Position numbers and translations under genes: made by a program
Shown: one piece after another, positions 1 through 11,168 of the stretch
Layout: the number at the start of each line of letters is the position of its first letter
How positions within the stretch are numbered: position 1 is the first letter of the stretch
Notes under the pieces: model-generated
The model's database searches: none
Seen by the model: only the letters and a program-made list of their open reading frames with translations
What the model was told of the DNA's origin: nothing
NCBI GenBank assembly: GCA_002269645.1
Contig: NIVC01002642.1
Span: forward strand, 1-64,000
DNA: 64,000 nucleotides
Direction of reading: 5' to 3'
DNA from: Macrostomum lignano
Lineage: Eukaryota

Positions 1-432
1 ATCTCCTCAACGCCCCGCCTGCCCAGCCCCAGGTCTCGCAGGGTCTGCAGCGTGAACCGTCGATAGTCGCGCGCCAAATTTTGCCGTCGCTGGCCACGAT
101 GCCGCCGTAGTCGCCGAACAGCACGGAGGTGATGTGCTGAGTCGGCCCCAGTCAGCGACTCGGCATTGTCCAGCATGGCCGCTTTGAACTCGGCCCACCT
201 GCTGAGCACGTACACCCGCTGGGTGCCGAAGTGCATCAGCAGCACTCCGCAGTTGGGGAATCTCTCGTAGCAGGTAGTGAAACCAAGGCTCTCGCAGGGA
301 ACATCGAACCGATCAGTGGATAGCCGCCGGGGCCTGGAGGCTCAGGGCCGGACACGCGCCGGCCGCGCTGGACAAAGAAGAAGAAGAGGCAGGCCAAGGC
401 GCTGCCACTGCTATGCCTGCAGCTGATAGCAT
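1..432 (-). pseudogene. Cytochrome P450 (CYP2-clan-like), 5' part, at least 4 frameshifts; continues off the left edge
   Basis: Manual minus-strand translation from ATG at 432 across shifts near 400, 300, 147 and 70 gives a hydrophobic anchor ALACLFFFF, the proline-rich PPGPGGYPLIG motif, TG(R)P, GIVASDGKIW, the C-helix WxxxR (WRDYRR) and RRFTLQTLRDLGLGRRGVEE, which is typical of CYP2-like P450s. Confidence 0.85.
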
Positions 433-1144
433 TAGAGTGCTTGCTTTACTGACTTGCAATTTTAGTTTCTTTCAATAACAGTTGGCATTGAATGCGTATT
501 TGAGGCAGTGTAACATTTGACCTCTATCTGTCACTTCTCTATCTCCTCTGCTTCGCGAGCCATTTTGGATGCAACAAAACCGGCCCACCCCTCCACTCTC
601 TACAATTCCAAAGGTTGCTTCCAGATTAATAAGGCGAGATAAGATACACCGACTGCGCTGCCAGATTTCGGTTGTGTCGAACTCGAACTTTCGAACTTAC
701 ATGTAAGTTCAGTACGAAACCGAGTGCTTTTGATAACAACTTCTGACAGTTCGAAAACGATAATACGAATACAATAAACAGCTATAAAAATGCTACGGCA
801 GCCATGGACAACTGCGGTAGAAGTTGTCTATGGCGAAAACCCCATTCGCCATACTACGTCGTAAATGCCACTGGCGATGTGATAAATCAAGGACTACTTA
901 ACAACTTGTTAAGTAGTGTTGTTAAGTAGTCTTGTGATAAATATGCGTTCCTTTAGCGGCCCCCAGCTCGTTTCCAAGAAAATCTAGTGTAGCGTTCCTC
1001 TACCGCAGTTGTCCATGATGGCATACTACTGACGAGTAGTTAGCTAGACTGAAAGCCAATCAGAGCTTCATAAAAGTTTCACAGAACCACTCTTATAAAA
1101 CTACGGCAACATTAACGCACACATCATTTGCAGGCATGTTTTAC

Positions 1145-1347
1145 GAGCCCGTAGCCCAGTGGCCGAGCGCGGCGCTCTGGTGTACCAGCGGCCCAGGCTC
1201 GATTCCAAGTGCAGTCACATTAATTTGGGGCTAAATTGGAATCTCGGTTTGGCTCTGCTCGTGCAATTAACGGCCTTGAGGGCCAACCCCCCCCCCCCCA
1301 GGCACAGTGAAGTGTACATGCCTAACGATAAATAAAGTTAGGGCCGC
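1145..1347 (+). mobile_element. tRNA-derived SINE, copy 1
   Basis: A-box-like TAGCCCAGTGG and B-box-like GGCTCGATTCC, followed by a ~130-bp body shared with the copy at 3416-3609. This copy has an expanded poly-C tract. Confidence 0.7.
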
Positions 1348-2109
1348 TGTACACTCCTGTCCTGTGCGTATGACTGCGTACATATCCGCGCGCTTGTGTG
1401 CCTGCTGAGGGGAGTCGGCGGAATGGGCAGGTAATGCCTCTCGCCGGTTGTGTAACAATGTTGCTTAGGGTGCACACAGCATATATTTTCTGTAATTCAT
1501 ATACTTCATTTGAGGTATCAATCATTTTATAATTTTGGGGATTTTTGGGATTTCAAGACTTGTAACAATTGTCAAACTAAAGTAACCTGTAAACATGGAG
1601 TGTTCAGACTTTTGCAACTTCTGTGAGCCAGAGACACTCATCAATCTAAAGGTCATGGTGGCGATATTGACATTTTATTTGATTTTTAATTAAATTTCCT
1701 GACATTGATAGACAAATTGTACAAAACGGTTTCATATGGAATTAATTAGCACTAAAAGAGCAGTGAAAATGCATAAATTATAACACACTCAGAATACAAA
1801 TCACCGATACTGCTAATAAGGATAAATAGATATGTAATTTTACAGAATCATGAATGCCAATATTTAATATAAGTGCACAATTAATGTAGCATAACTTTGA
1901 TTTTTTATTATCGTGTGAAAATGGCCTTCACCAATATAAGCGAGATTATAACCAAGCAAATACAAATTTATATAGCAAGTGACATAGTTACCACTATTAG
2001 TAGTCAATACTCTGGCAGGCTTAGGTTTTGAAAATGCGAATAAACGCTTCAATTATTACGAGTGTAATAAAAACGCTGGGTAGGAGGCAGATAGCGAGTA
2101 GAGTAGCAG

Positions 2110-3240
2110 GGTAAAGAGTGTAGTAAGTAGGGTAGGGTGTAGTAAGTAGGGTAGGGTGTAGAAAGTAGGGTAGGGTGTAGAAGGTAGGGTAGGGTGTAGT
2201 AAGTAGGGTAGGGTGTAGAAAGTAGGGTAGGGTGTAGTAAGTAGGGTAGGGTGTAGTAAGTAGGGTAGGGTGTAGAAAGTAGGGTAGGGTGTAGAAAGTA
2301 GGGTAGGGTGTAGTAAGTAGGGTAGGGTGTAGTAAGTAGGGTAGGGTGTAGTAAGTAGGGTGTAGTAAGTAGGGTAGGGTGTAGAAAGTAGGGTAGGGTG
2401 TAGTAAGTAGGGTAGGGTGTAGTAAGTAGGGTAGGGTGTAGTAAGTAGGGTAGGGTGTAGTAAGTAGGGTAGGGTGTAGAAAGTAGGGTAGGGTGTAGTA
2501 AGTAGGGTGTAGTAAGTAGGGTAGGGTGTAGAAAGTAGGGTAGGGTGTAGTAAGTAGGGTAGGGTGTAGTAAGTAGGGTAGGGTGTAGAAAGTAGGGTAG
2601 GGTGTAGAAAGTAGGGTAGGGTGTAGAAAGTAGGGTAGGGTGTAGTAAGTAGGGTGTAGTAAGTAGGGTAGGGAGTAGAAAGTAGGGTAGGGTGTAGTAA
2701 GTAGGGTAGGGTGTAGTAAGTAGGGTAGGGTGTAGAAAGTAGGGTAGGGTGTAGTAAGTAGGTGTAGTAAGTAGGGTAGGGAGTAGAAAGTAGGGTAGGG
2801 TGTAGTAAGTAGGGTAGGGTGTAGTAAGTAGGGTAGGGTGTAGAAAGTAGGGTAGGGTGTAGTAAGTAGGGTAGGGTGTAGTAAGTAGGGTAGGGTGTAG
2901 TAAGTAGGGTAGGGTGTAGTAAGTAGGGTGTAGTAAGTAGGGTAGGGTGTAGTAAGTAGGGTAGGGTGTAGTAAGTAGGGTAGGGTGTAGAAAGTAGGGT
3001 AGGGTGTAGTAAGTAGGTGTAGTAAGTAGGGTAGGGTGTAGAAAGTAGGGTAGGGTGTAGTAAGTAGGGTAGGTGTAGTAAGTAGGGTAGGGTGTAGTGA
3101 GTAGGGTGTAGTAAGTAGGGTAGGGTGTAGAAAGTAGGGTAGGGTGTAGTAAGTAGGGTAGGGTGTAGTAAGTAGGGTAGGGTGTAGTAAGTAGGGTAGG
3201 GTTTTGAAAGTAGGGTAAGGTGTATAAAGTAGGGTAGGGT
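2110..3240 (+). repeat. 19-bp G-rich minisatellite (AGTAGGGTAGGGTGTAGTA)n with 14-bp deletion variants
   Basis: Directly visible tandem array, roughly 60 units. Confidence 0.95.
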
Positions 3241-3415
3241 GGAGATGGGCTAAAGTCTCCAGACCAAAAACTAGGCCACTAGCGAACACAGCGACAAGAT
3301 AAAACAATTTACAAGCTGTATGCGATTACGCGAAAACTGGCTTGACTTGATGGCGCTGTTAATAAGGCTGGTAGGGTTTACAGAGTAAAAATTTTCAAAC
3401 ATTTCTCCCCAGTCA

Positions 3416-3656
3416 TAAGCTGTAGCTCAGTGGCCCAGCGCGGCGCTCTGATGTGCCAGCGGCCCAGGCTCGATTCCAAGTGCAGTCACATTAATTTGGG
3501 GCTGAATCGGAATCTCAGCTTGGCTCTGCTCGTCCAATCAACGCCCTTGAGGGCCAACCCCAGGCACAGTGAAGTGTACATGCCTAACGATTGATAAGTT
3601 TAGGGCCGCGGCATACAGCCCCTGCTTCTTAAAAAAGGGAAAAACAAATTAAAAAT
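3416..3656 (+). mobile_element. tRNA-derived SINE, copy 2, with A-rich tail
   Basis: TAGCTCAGTGG ... GGCTCGATTCC head, homology to 1145-1347 through GGGCCGC (3609), then an A-rich tail at ~3631-3656. Confidence 0.72.
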
Positions 3657-3669
3657 GCTACTGAGCAGT

Positions 3670-6600
3670 TTAGTAGTAGTATAAATAGCGCAGAGCTAGC
3701 AGCAAATCCAAGGCCAGCAGGCCAGTGCCGGCAGTCAGCACAGACTTATAGACCGTCCGCCTCAGTTTCGCGTCGCCAACAATGAGAATATCCAGCAGGG
3801 CGGCCAGAATCCACTGGCCGTCTAGCGCGTAGCATGGCGCCGCATTGAGCAGCGCCAGGGCGCCGGACAGCGACACAATATAGCGCATGCCGGTGTCAAT
3901 AGCGGCCGGCAGCCACAGCGGCAGCAGAGCCGGCGGCCGGAACTCGGACAGGGCCAGGCTGTAGTACAGTTCGGGCGCCTCGCCGAGGAACAGCAGAGCC
4001 GGCCTGGCCGGTCGTGTCCGACGCTCACCAGCCGGGAGACGTTGTCGACGGCCGGTCGGGCGCAAACGGCGCCGGCCGGACAGTCGGAGGCGCGGGCGCA
4101 GGCCGGCTGCTGCTCAACCACGGCTCGAGCCGGCAGGCAGGCCGAGGCGGCGCCGCCATCAGCTAGGAAGCAGAGCCGGCTGGCAGAGTCCGGGTCCGAG
4201 TCGGCGGAGGACGCGTTGCCATGGCGACAGCAGAAGTCGGTTCCGGAGCTTGACAAAGGCGGCGGATGTGAGGCGGCCGGCAGCAGGAGGCCTCGGTGGA
4301 GGCAATGGCCCTGCGAAGTTATGAAGCATTGAGTTGATGGAATTTGAGTTCATGAAGCATTGAGTTGATGGTATTTGAGTTTATGAAGCATTGAGTTGAT
4401 GGAATTTTGAGTTTATGAAGCATTGAGTTGATGGAATTTTGAGTTTATGAAGCATTGAGTTGATGGAATTTTGAGTTTATGAAGCATTGAGTTGATGGAA
4501 TTTTGAGTTTATGAAGCATTGAGTTGATGGTATTTGAGTTTATGAAGCATTGAGTTGATGGTATTTGAGTTTATGAAGCATTGAGTTGATGGAATTTTGA
4601 GTTTATGAAGCATTGAGTTGATGGAATTTTGAGTTTATGAAGCATTGAGTTGATGGTATTTGAGTTTATGAAGCATTGAGTTGATGGTATTTGAGTTTAT
4701 GAAGCATTGAGTTGATGGAATTTCGAGTTTATGAAGCATTGAGTTGATGGAATTTTGAGTTTATGAAGCATTGAGTTGATGGAATTTGAGTTCATGAAGC
4801 ATTGAGTTGATGGAATTTTGAGTTTATGAAGCATTGAGTTGATGGTATTTGAGTTTATGAAGCATTGAGTTGATGGAATTTCGAGTTTATGAAGCATTGA
4901 GTTGATGGAATTTTGAGTTTATGAAGCATTGAGTTGATGGAATTTCGAGTTTATGAAGCATTAAGTTGATGGAATTTTGAGTTTATGAAGCATTGAGTTG
5001 ATGGAATTTTGAGTTTATGAAGCATTGAGTTGATGGTATTTGAGTTCATGAAGCATTGAGTTGATGGAATTTTGAGTTTATGAAGCATTGAGTTGATGGA
5101 ATTTTGAGTTTATGAAGCATTGAGTTGATGGAATTTTGAGTTTATGAAGCATTGAGTTGATGGAATTTTGAGTTTATGAAGCATTGAGTTGATGGAATTT
5201 TGAGTTTATGAAGCATTGAGTTGATGGTATTTGAGTTTATGAAGCATTGAGTTGATGGAATTTTGAGTTTATGAAGCATTGAGTTGATTGAATTTTGAGT
5301 TTATGAAGCATTGAGTTGATTGAATTTTGAGTTTATGAAGCATTGAGTTGATTGAATTTTGAGTTCATGAAGCATTGAGTTGATTGAATTTTGAGTTTAT
5401 GAGGCATTGAGTTGATTGAATTTTGAGTTTATGAAGCATTGAGTTGGTGGAATTTCGAGTTATGAAGCATTGAGTTGATGGAATTTTGAGTTTATGAAGC
5501 ATTGAGTTGATGGAATTTTGAGTTTATGAAGCACTTAATAGACTAAATTTGGAGTCCACGAAAGCAACAACAAGCGCAAATTCATGGAAAAGTATTCTCG
5601 CGAATAAATATTCACCTGCTGCTCAGCGGCAAACACCCCGGCAACGCAGTTATAATAACCGGACGGGCTGACCACCGGACACTGGTTGACTCGGACGATC
5701 ACGTCGCCCGGGTACAGGCCCTGCTGGCCGGACAGAACCGAGCCGGCCGCCAGCCAGGTGACAACGGCGCCGCTAGCATTTGAGTAGCCCAGCGGCGCCA
5801 GCAGCCAGGCCGGCCGGATGAGCAGCAGGATGGCGCCGAGCGCCAGCACGGTGTTGTGCCACACGCCGGCGCAGAACACGCGCAGGCGCCTGGCCGGCGA
5901 CACCAGCGCGAGGTCGGCGCTGTTCAGATCGACGAAAGCGCCCGGGTAGACGCCCAGGACGAAGATGCCGGCCGCTTGGACGCGGATGTCCTCGCGAGCG
6001 GCGGCCACCGCATGGCCGAACTCGTGGAATATGCCGCAGAGAAGCAGCGCGCCCAGGTAATACGGCAGGTGGTTGCTGGGCAGGTTCACGCCTTTGGGAA
6101 GGGGCGTATGGATGATCGTGTCAATCCAGTTTTAGCTGCTAACGGAATTTAGTCATGAGGATATGGCTCATACTGTAGAGATATTTGTGTCAGTACCAGC
6201 CCCATCAACCAGTGAGATGAGAGCCCTAGTAACAGCCCCATCAACCAGTGAGATGAGATCCCTAGTAACAGCCCCATCAACCAGTGAGATGAGATCCCTA
6301 GTAACAGCCCCATCAACCAGTGAGATGAGATCCCTAGTAACAGCCCATCAACCAGTGAGATGAGATCCCTAGTAACAGCCCCATCAATCAGTAAGATGAG
6401 AGCCCTGCCTGAGTTGCATCAGTACCAGCCTCATCAATCAGTAAGATGAGAGCCCTGTCTGAGTTGCATCAGTACCAGCCTCATCAATCAGTGACAGAGA
6501 ACCCTGTCCAAGTTGACACACACCTGGTACAACAGGTGTGAGCACCTGCTCATTGGCAGGCCGTTGTGCAAGTGTATTATAGGCTAGCACAGTCAGCAGC

Positions 6601-6851
6601 ACACAGGAGGTGGCCATGAGAGCCAGGCTGATAAGTACACCCACACCAAACCAGATGCGGTAAGGGAACAGTCTCAGCCGGCCAGTGTGCATAAAGAACC
6701 CATTAAGCGCGGTGGTGTGCAGCCGAGCAAAGAACAGTGATACCCGGAGGATGCCATCTTCATTGCCACTCTTGCCCATGATTAGCCGATAAAACAGAAG
6801 GCAAGCCAGCCAAATGCCAATGAAAGCGCATACAGCAATGGCTGCCCCCAT
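3670..6851 (-). CDS. MBTPS2: Membrane-bound transcription factor site-2 protease (M50 metalloprotease); exons 6851-6524, 6091-5616, 4310-3670; one 1-bp frameshift near 4005
   Basis: HEFGH (HExxH) motif, GAFVD, a PDZ-like GDVIVRVN segment, a Cys-rich region and SLSGALALLNAAPCYALDGQW (LDG motif). GT-AG sites join in phase (CCA G|GC GTG; CAG|GGC). Exon total of 1445 nt is one base short of 482 codons. Confidence 0.93.
4318..5533. repeat. 31-32-bp minisatellite (TTGAGTTTATGAAGCATTGAGTTGATGGAATT)n filling MBTPS2 intron 2
   Basis: Directly visible array of ~38 units running up to the 3' splice site at 4311. Confidence 0.95.
6192..6505. repeat. 36-bp minisatellite (plus longer variant units) in MBTPS2 intron 1
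   Basis: About 6 copies of CAGCCCCATCAACCAGTGAGATGAGATCCCTAGTAA, then ~2 longer related units. Confidence 0.9.
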
Positions 6852-6922
6852 GATTAAATACAGTCTGGAATTGTAGTTATTTGACAGTACATAATAAATT
6901 AAAACTTACTATATGTTAATAC

Positions 6923-7075
6923 AGGATTAATGATAGCTGAGTAGGGGTCAATATAGGATTAGGGATGTCAAGACTCAATAGGGATTAGGGATAGCAAGAC
7001 TCAATAGAGGATTAAAAAAAGCAGGACTCCATAGAGGATTAAGGATAGCAAGGCTCAATAGAGGATTAGGGATTA
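6923..7075. repeat. Degenerate ~27-bp tandem repeat upstream of MBTPS2
   Basis: About 5 imperfect copies of AGGATTAGGGATAGCAAGACTCAATAG. Confidence 0.6.
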
Positions 7076-7854
7076 GAGAGGAATAGGGAAAAATCATGAG
7101 AGAAAAAGACCTATCAAGTCCTATAAGTATTATAATAATCTATGGAATACTAAAAGGCCTAAGCCTAAGGCTTACTAGGGCCTAATGATATTAAGTTCAA
7201 CTAAATAAGGCAAATCAATGAATATATAAATTGATCTACTTAAATTTTTAAATAAACATCGATAAAGATAATAATTATTATAATTAAATTACTTTTACTT
7301 GATAACATAGACATAGAACAAAGCTAGAAATTTCTATAAGTAGAAAATAAATAATATTAGTAATATTATAGCAAAGAAAATGTCCTATTATTTTATTGTC
7401 TCTAAAAACCTTCTAAAATAAATTATAGTAGACCAAACAAATTTCTACCTATTAGTTTTTTTAAGGGGCAATATCTACCTTGATCCCCTTTTTGCTTAGC
7501 TTTAGAAATTACTAATTATGTTAATTAGCCTTAATAATTGATTTTTGATCCCTATCCTAGATATTGATCACCTTTATCTTTATTTAAAAGTAAAAACCAT
7601 TAAGCCTATTTGTCATCAAGTAGCTAAAAATCCTATTTAGGTAAAAATATAAAAAATAATTTGTTAAGTCTTAGGCCCCTAATTCTTTTAGCTTATTACC
7701 ATATAGGCCTAGCTTATAGTTTATAATTATATATCTATAGCTTAGCTTAGCCTTAAAGCTATTTGTACTTAAAATAGTTTAGAGTCAAAATAATTTAATG
7801 AACGGAACTTGACAATTGCCAACTATTTTATTATTTTCCATCATGATTCATGAG

Positions 7855-8200
7855 CCAGGGGGTTTGGCAAATTCCAGCCTGTAGGCCACATGCAGCCTGC
7901 AAAGCCTCTTCATCTGGCCTTTGTGGTCCTTTGAAACTGTACAATAGTAATCAGGGGCAGATTTAGAGAGGGGGCAAGGGGGGTGGCTGCCCCCCTCCCC
8001 CCAAAATAGCTTGATACAACATATTGCACCCCCAAAAACCTAAATTTGTGCCCCTTAAATTTGATTTTTTGCCTCTAAGAGTCTAAATAATGCCTTTTTT
8101 GCACCCTTAAGCTTGATTTTTCGCCCTCTACATGCATTTTTTGCACCTTTAAGATTGATTTTTTGCCCCCCTACACACATTTTTTGCACCCCTAGCTTAA
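7855..8200 (+). mobile_element. Degraded DNA-transposon/MITE ends
   Basis: CAGGGGGTTTGGCAAAT...GGCCACATGCAGCC resembles the left end of the hAT MITE at 36370. A second CAGGGGCAGATTTAG start lies at ~7952, followed by degenerate TTTTTGCACCCT repeats. No partner TIR was found. Confidence 0.35.
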
Positions 8201-8600
8201 AAATTGGCACCTCTTATACTCCTGTTGGCGTCCCAAACTTTCCCAGCTTTGGCAGTTGAAATGAGTTAAAACTTAGACTTAGACTAGCTAGAGGGAGTAC
8301 TATAGTAAATAATAGGCCTACTTATAATATAGGCCTAAGACTTTAAAAGAAAAGAAAAAAAATAGGGGGCCTACGATAACTGATTTGTAGCTAGCTATGG
8401 CCTAGAACAGCAAAAAATCAAGCTCTAAGAAACAGAAACCATGATGATAGTGAGGCCGATTGCTTGGCTGTTTGTTGGTGTGTAGCGTGTAGCGCCACGT
8501 AATAACCATGCAGCTTTTATTGTGTAGTGTAGGCCCTTTGGGCCCATTTCTCATCAGGTTTATATCGGCAAATTCGCTTCTCACCATCCAGCGCCGGTTA

Positions 8601-8672
8601 GCCGTGATCGTATAGTGGTTAGTACTTCTCGTTGTGGCCGAGACAACCCAGGTTCGAATCCTGGTCACGGCA
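8601..8672 (+). tRNA. tRNA-His (anticodon GTG)
   Basis: 72-nt cloverleaf: acceptor GCCGTGA/TCACGGC, anticodon stem TCTCG/CGAGA around loop TTGTGGC, T-loop GGTTCGAATCC. A T-run terminator candidate lies at ~8712. Confidence 0.97.
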
Positions 8673-11168
8673 AGATGCTGTGAGGCTCTTGAGCGGCGTG
8701 GGGCGCTATAATTTTTGCATTTTTAGCTACAAAATCAATGTAAGGGTGTGCTGGGTATTTGTTTTAAAGTTAAAAGGTAGGCCCAGTTCCCCTTTTTACT
8801 TTTCTGCGCAGTTTTATTTCCTTTTAAATCGTAAAACATATTTTTTCCGATATGTATCGAAAAATATGTAAACTGTAAGTGTAAGACATGTATAACTCGA
8901 AAGAATGCGCTAATTTACTCTTCTTTCAGTAGCAATGCTAGCGTTTTTGCCTGAACAATATCTGAAAGTAACATTAAAATGGACAACTAGAATTTTTAAC
9001 GATATTTTAAGCTTTTTGAAACAATTACTATTTGAATGTCACATGGTACAAGCCTGAACCAATATTAGCATCTTCATCCTGTCCTGTTTTACCGACTCCA
9101 GATTGCCTCAGCTCCGATTTTAAAAAATGAAGACTGAAGAGTGCAAGTAAACTAGAAAAACCTATATCCGATAAACGTAAAGCATGCAGTTAGACTGCAA
9201 TTGAGTCTCTTTTCTTACTGCTCTTTGATTGGCTGAGCTGGATATTGGGCCTGTACTGTATTAGCAGAGTTTCGTCCATCTTGCGCTCACTTATGTACAT
9301 CGAGTTAAAGTATATGCTTGTTCATTCTTAACACCATTGATACGATCCGAGGCCGCAAACCAGGAGGGGAAATATTTGCTCCAACATTAAATTTAAGCGA
9401 CACTGCGCAGACAAACTACTGAAAAAGAGTAGACGCTCAACTATTTTACAATCCTTTTAATTGCGATGGCGAGTGACATTATTTGTGCTGCAGGGGCCGT
9501 ATTTGAACAATATACTGCAAGTGACCAATGGAGGAATCGATCCGCAGCTCTGCCTAGCCTAGGTAGCACCGGATGTTGTGAGCGTCATGAACGGCAAAGC
9601 TGCAAATCCGTGATGCCAATTGTCATGCCTGTAAGTACATGTATGGGCCACATCCAGAAAGTCTGCAGGTCAGCGAGGGTCATGTCAAGAAGCTAGACTG
9701 CACTGGCACTGGAGCAGAACGCCCAAAGGCTCTATTCTCAGCTATGTTGGACCTCGATCATGCGATCCGAAAATGAGCGCCTCCTAAATTGACCCCGCTG
9801 TAATTCTGTTATTTCCATAGACATTCTCGTGGGCTGTGATTCCTGTGAATCCAAATAAAATTATGTCAAACTATTCGTAATCGCCACTGCATGCGAATAA
9901 ACTGTAATTTAATATTCTAATAGGGCCTTTTAATAGAATACATGTAATAAAATTTACTGTTTTAAGAGCGACTGCAATTGAGACCTGAATTTTAATTAAT
10001 GCATGGGTTGAATTTTGTTTCAATCATACTCGTATCATACTCGAGACTTTCATCGGACCAGTAGTTTTGTATATTGTTTTCACAGGGAATGATTTACTTT
10101 TTGAAAAATTTACCCAGAAGACCCACAGATTTACTTTGTCTGGTTGAGTGTATGTATGTATGTATGCATCTATGTATCTATCTATCTATCATCGGTCTCC
10201 TCGCGCAGGTGGCACCCCGGAGTTGTCGCGAAGCAAAACATCCTTGAATTATTTTTATCTTCCAAGATAAAAAATAGCTTAGTTACGCTCGTACTGTTTT
10301 AACTACTGTCAGTAGCCAGTATGGTAGTTTCTAAGTTAATAATTGCGATTGCAATAAAGTGACGGTCAATGCAGAGACAAATATCTGCACAATAAAATTT
10401 GCATACATCAACAGTTAATCTACCACAGCAATTGCTAGCCATCCTGCCAGATGTATTTGGACTTCCAAATCTGAGCAATTCACCGGCTACAAACACACAG
10501 TATTACCAAAACTAGAAAACAACAGCAATTCACGTCATGAAATGTAGATAGTGCAAAAGCAAACCGGAGTCTAGACTGCCCCAAGTTCGATTTGTTTGCG
10601 GATAATAAAAAATAAATAATTCAATGCAAAAATGGCGATTGTTCTACTTTATGTAGACAGATGAGGGCATCAGATATAAGTAAATAGTATACTTAGGCGT
10701 GGAACGCAGAAAACACCTGTCCATAATCTACTAGAAGAGAACAGATAAGCAAGCAATTTACCAGAGCCTAACAGTGTCATCAAGCAAAGATATAGAGCAC
10801 CGTTGCTAACTGGGGAGCTCTATAAAGTTTGAGCACATGACAGCGCTGAGCAGCGAGGCAAAAAAACAAACTGACGAAAACACATTTTTTATAATCAAAT
10901 TTAAAATAAAATAGGTCATTTCTCTCTACTAAACTCCAGTCGGGTGACTGGACAGTTTTGCCAGCCTGAAAAAACAGCTACTTTTATTGACTAAATGGAA
11001 ACTAATTCAATATAATATGTTAGTACTATCGAAATATACTACGTTACTATAGTTGGATTAATTGATGGCAATATTAGAACGGCATATTAAAATAATGGCC
11101 AAACACAGGAAATACTGATGACGCAGAACCTCTGCCGTCATAGGAAATGGTTTTATAAAAAAAAGCTT

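Noticed and set aside
2021-3307. 428-aa ORF with hydrophobic ends
   Set aside because: It is the C-rich strand of the 19-bp array, has a non-ATG start and shows no domain.
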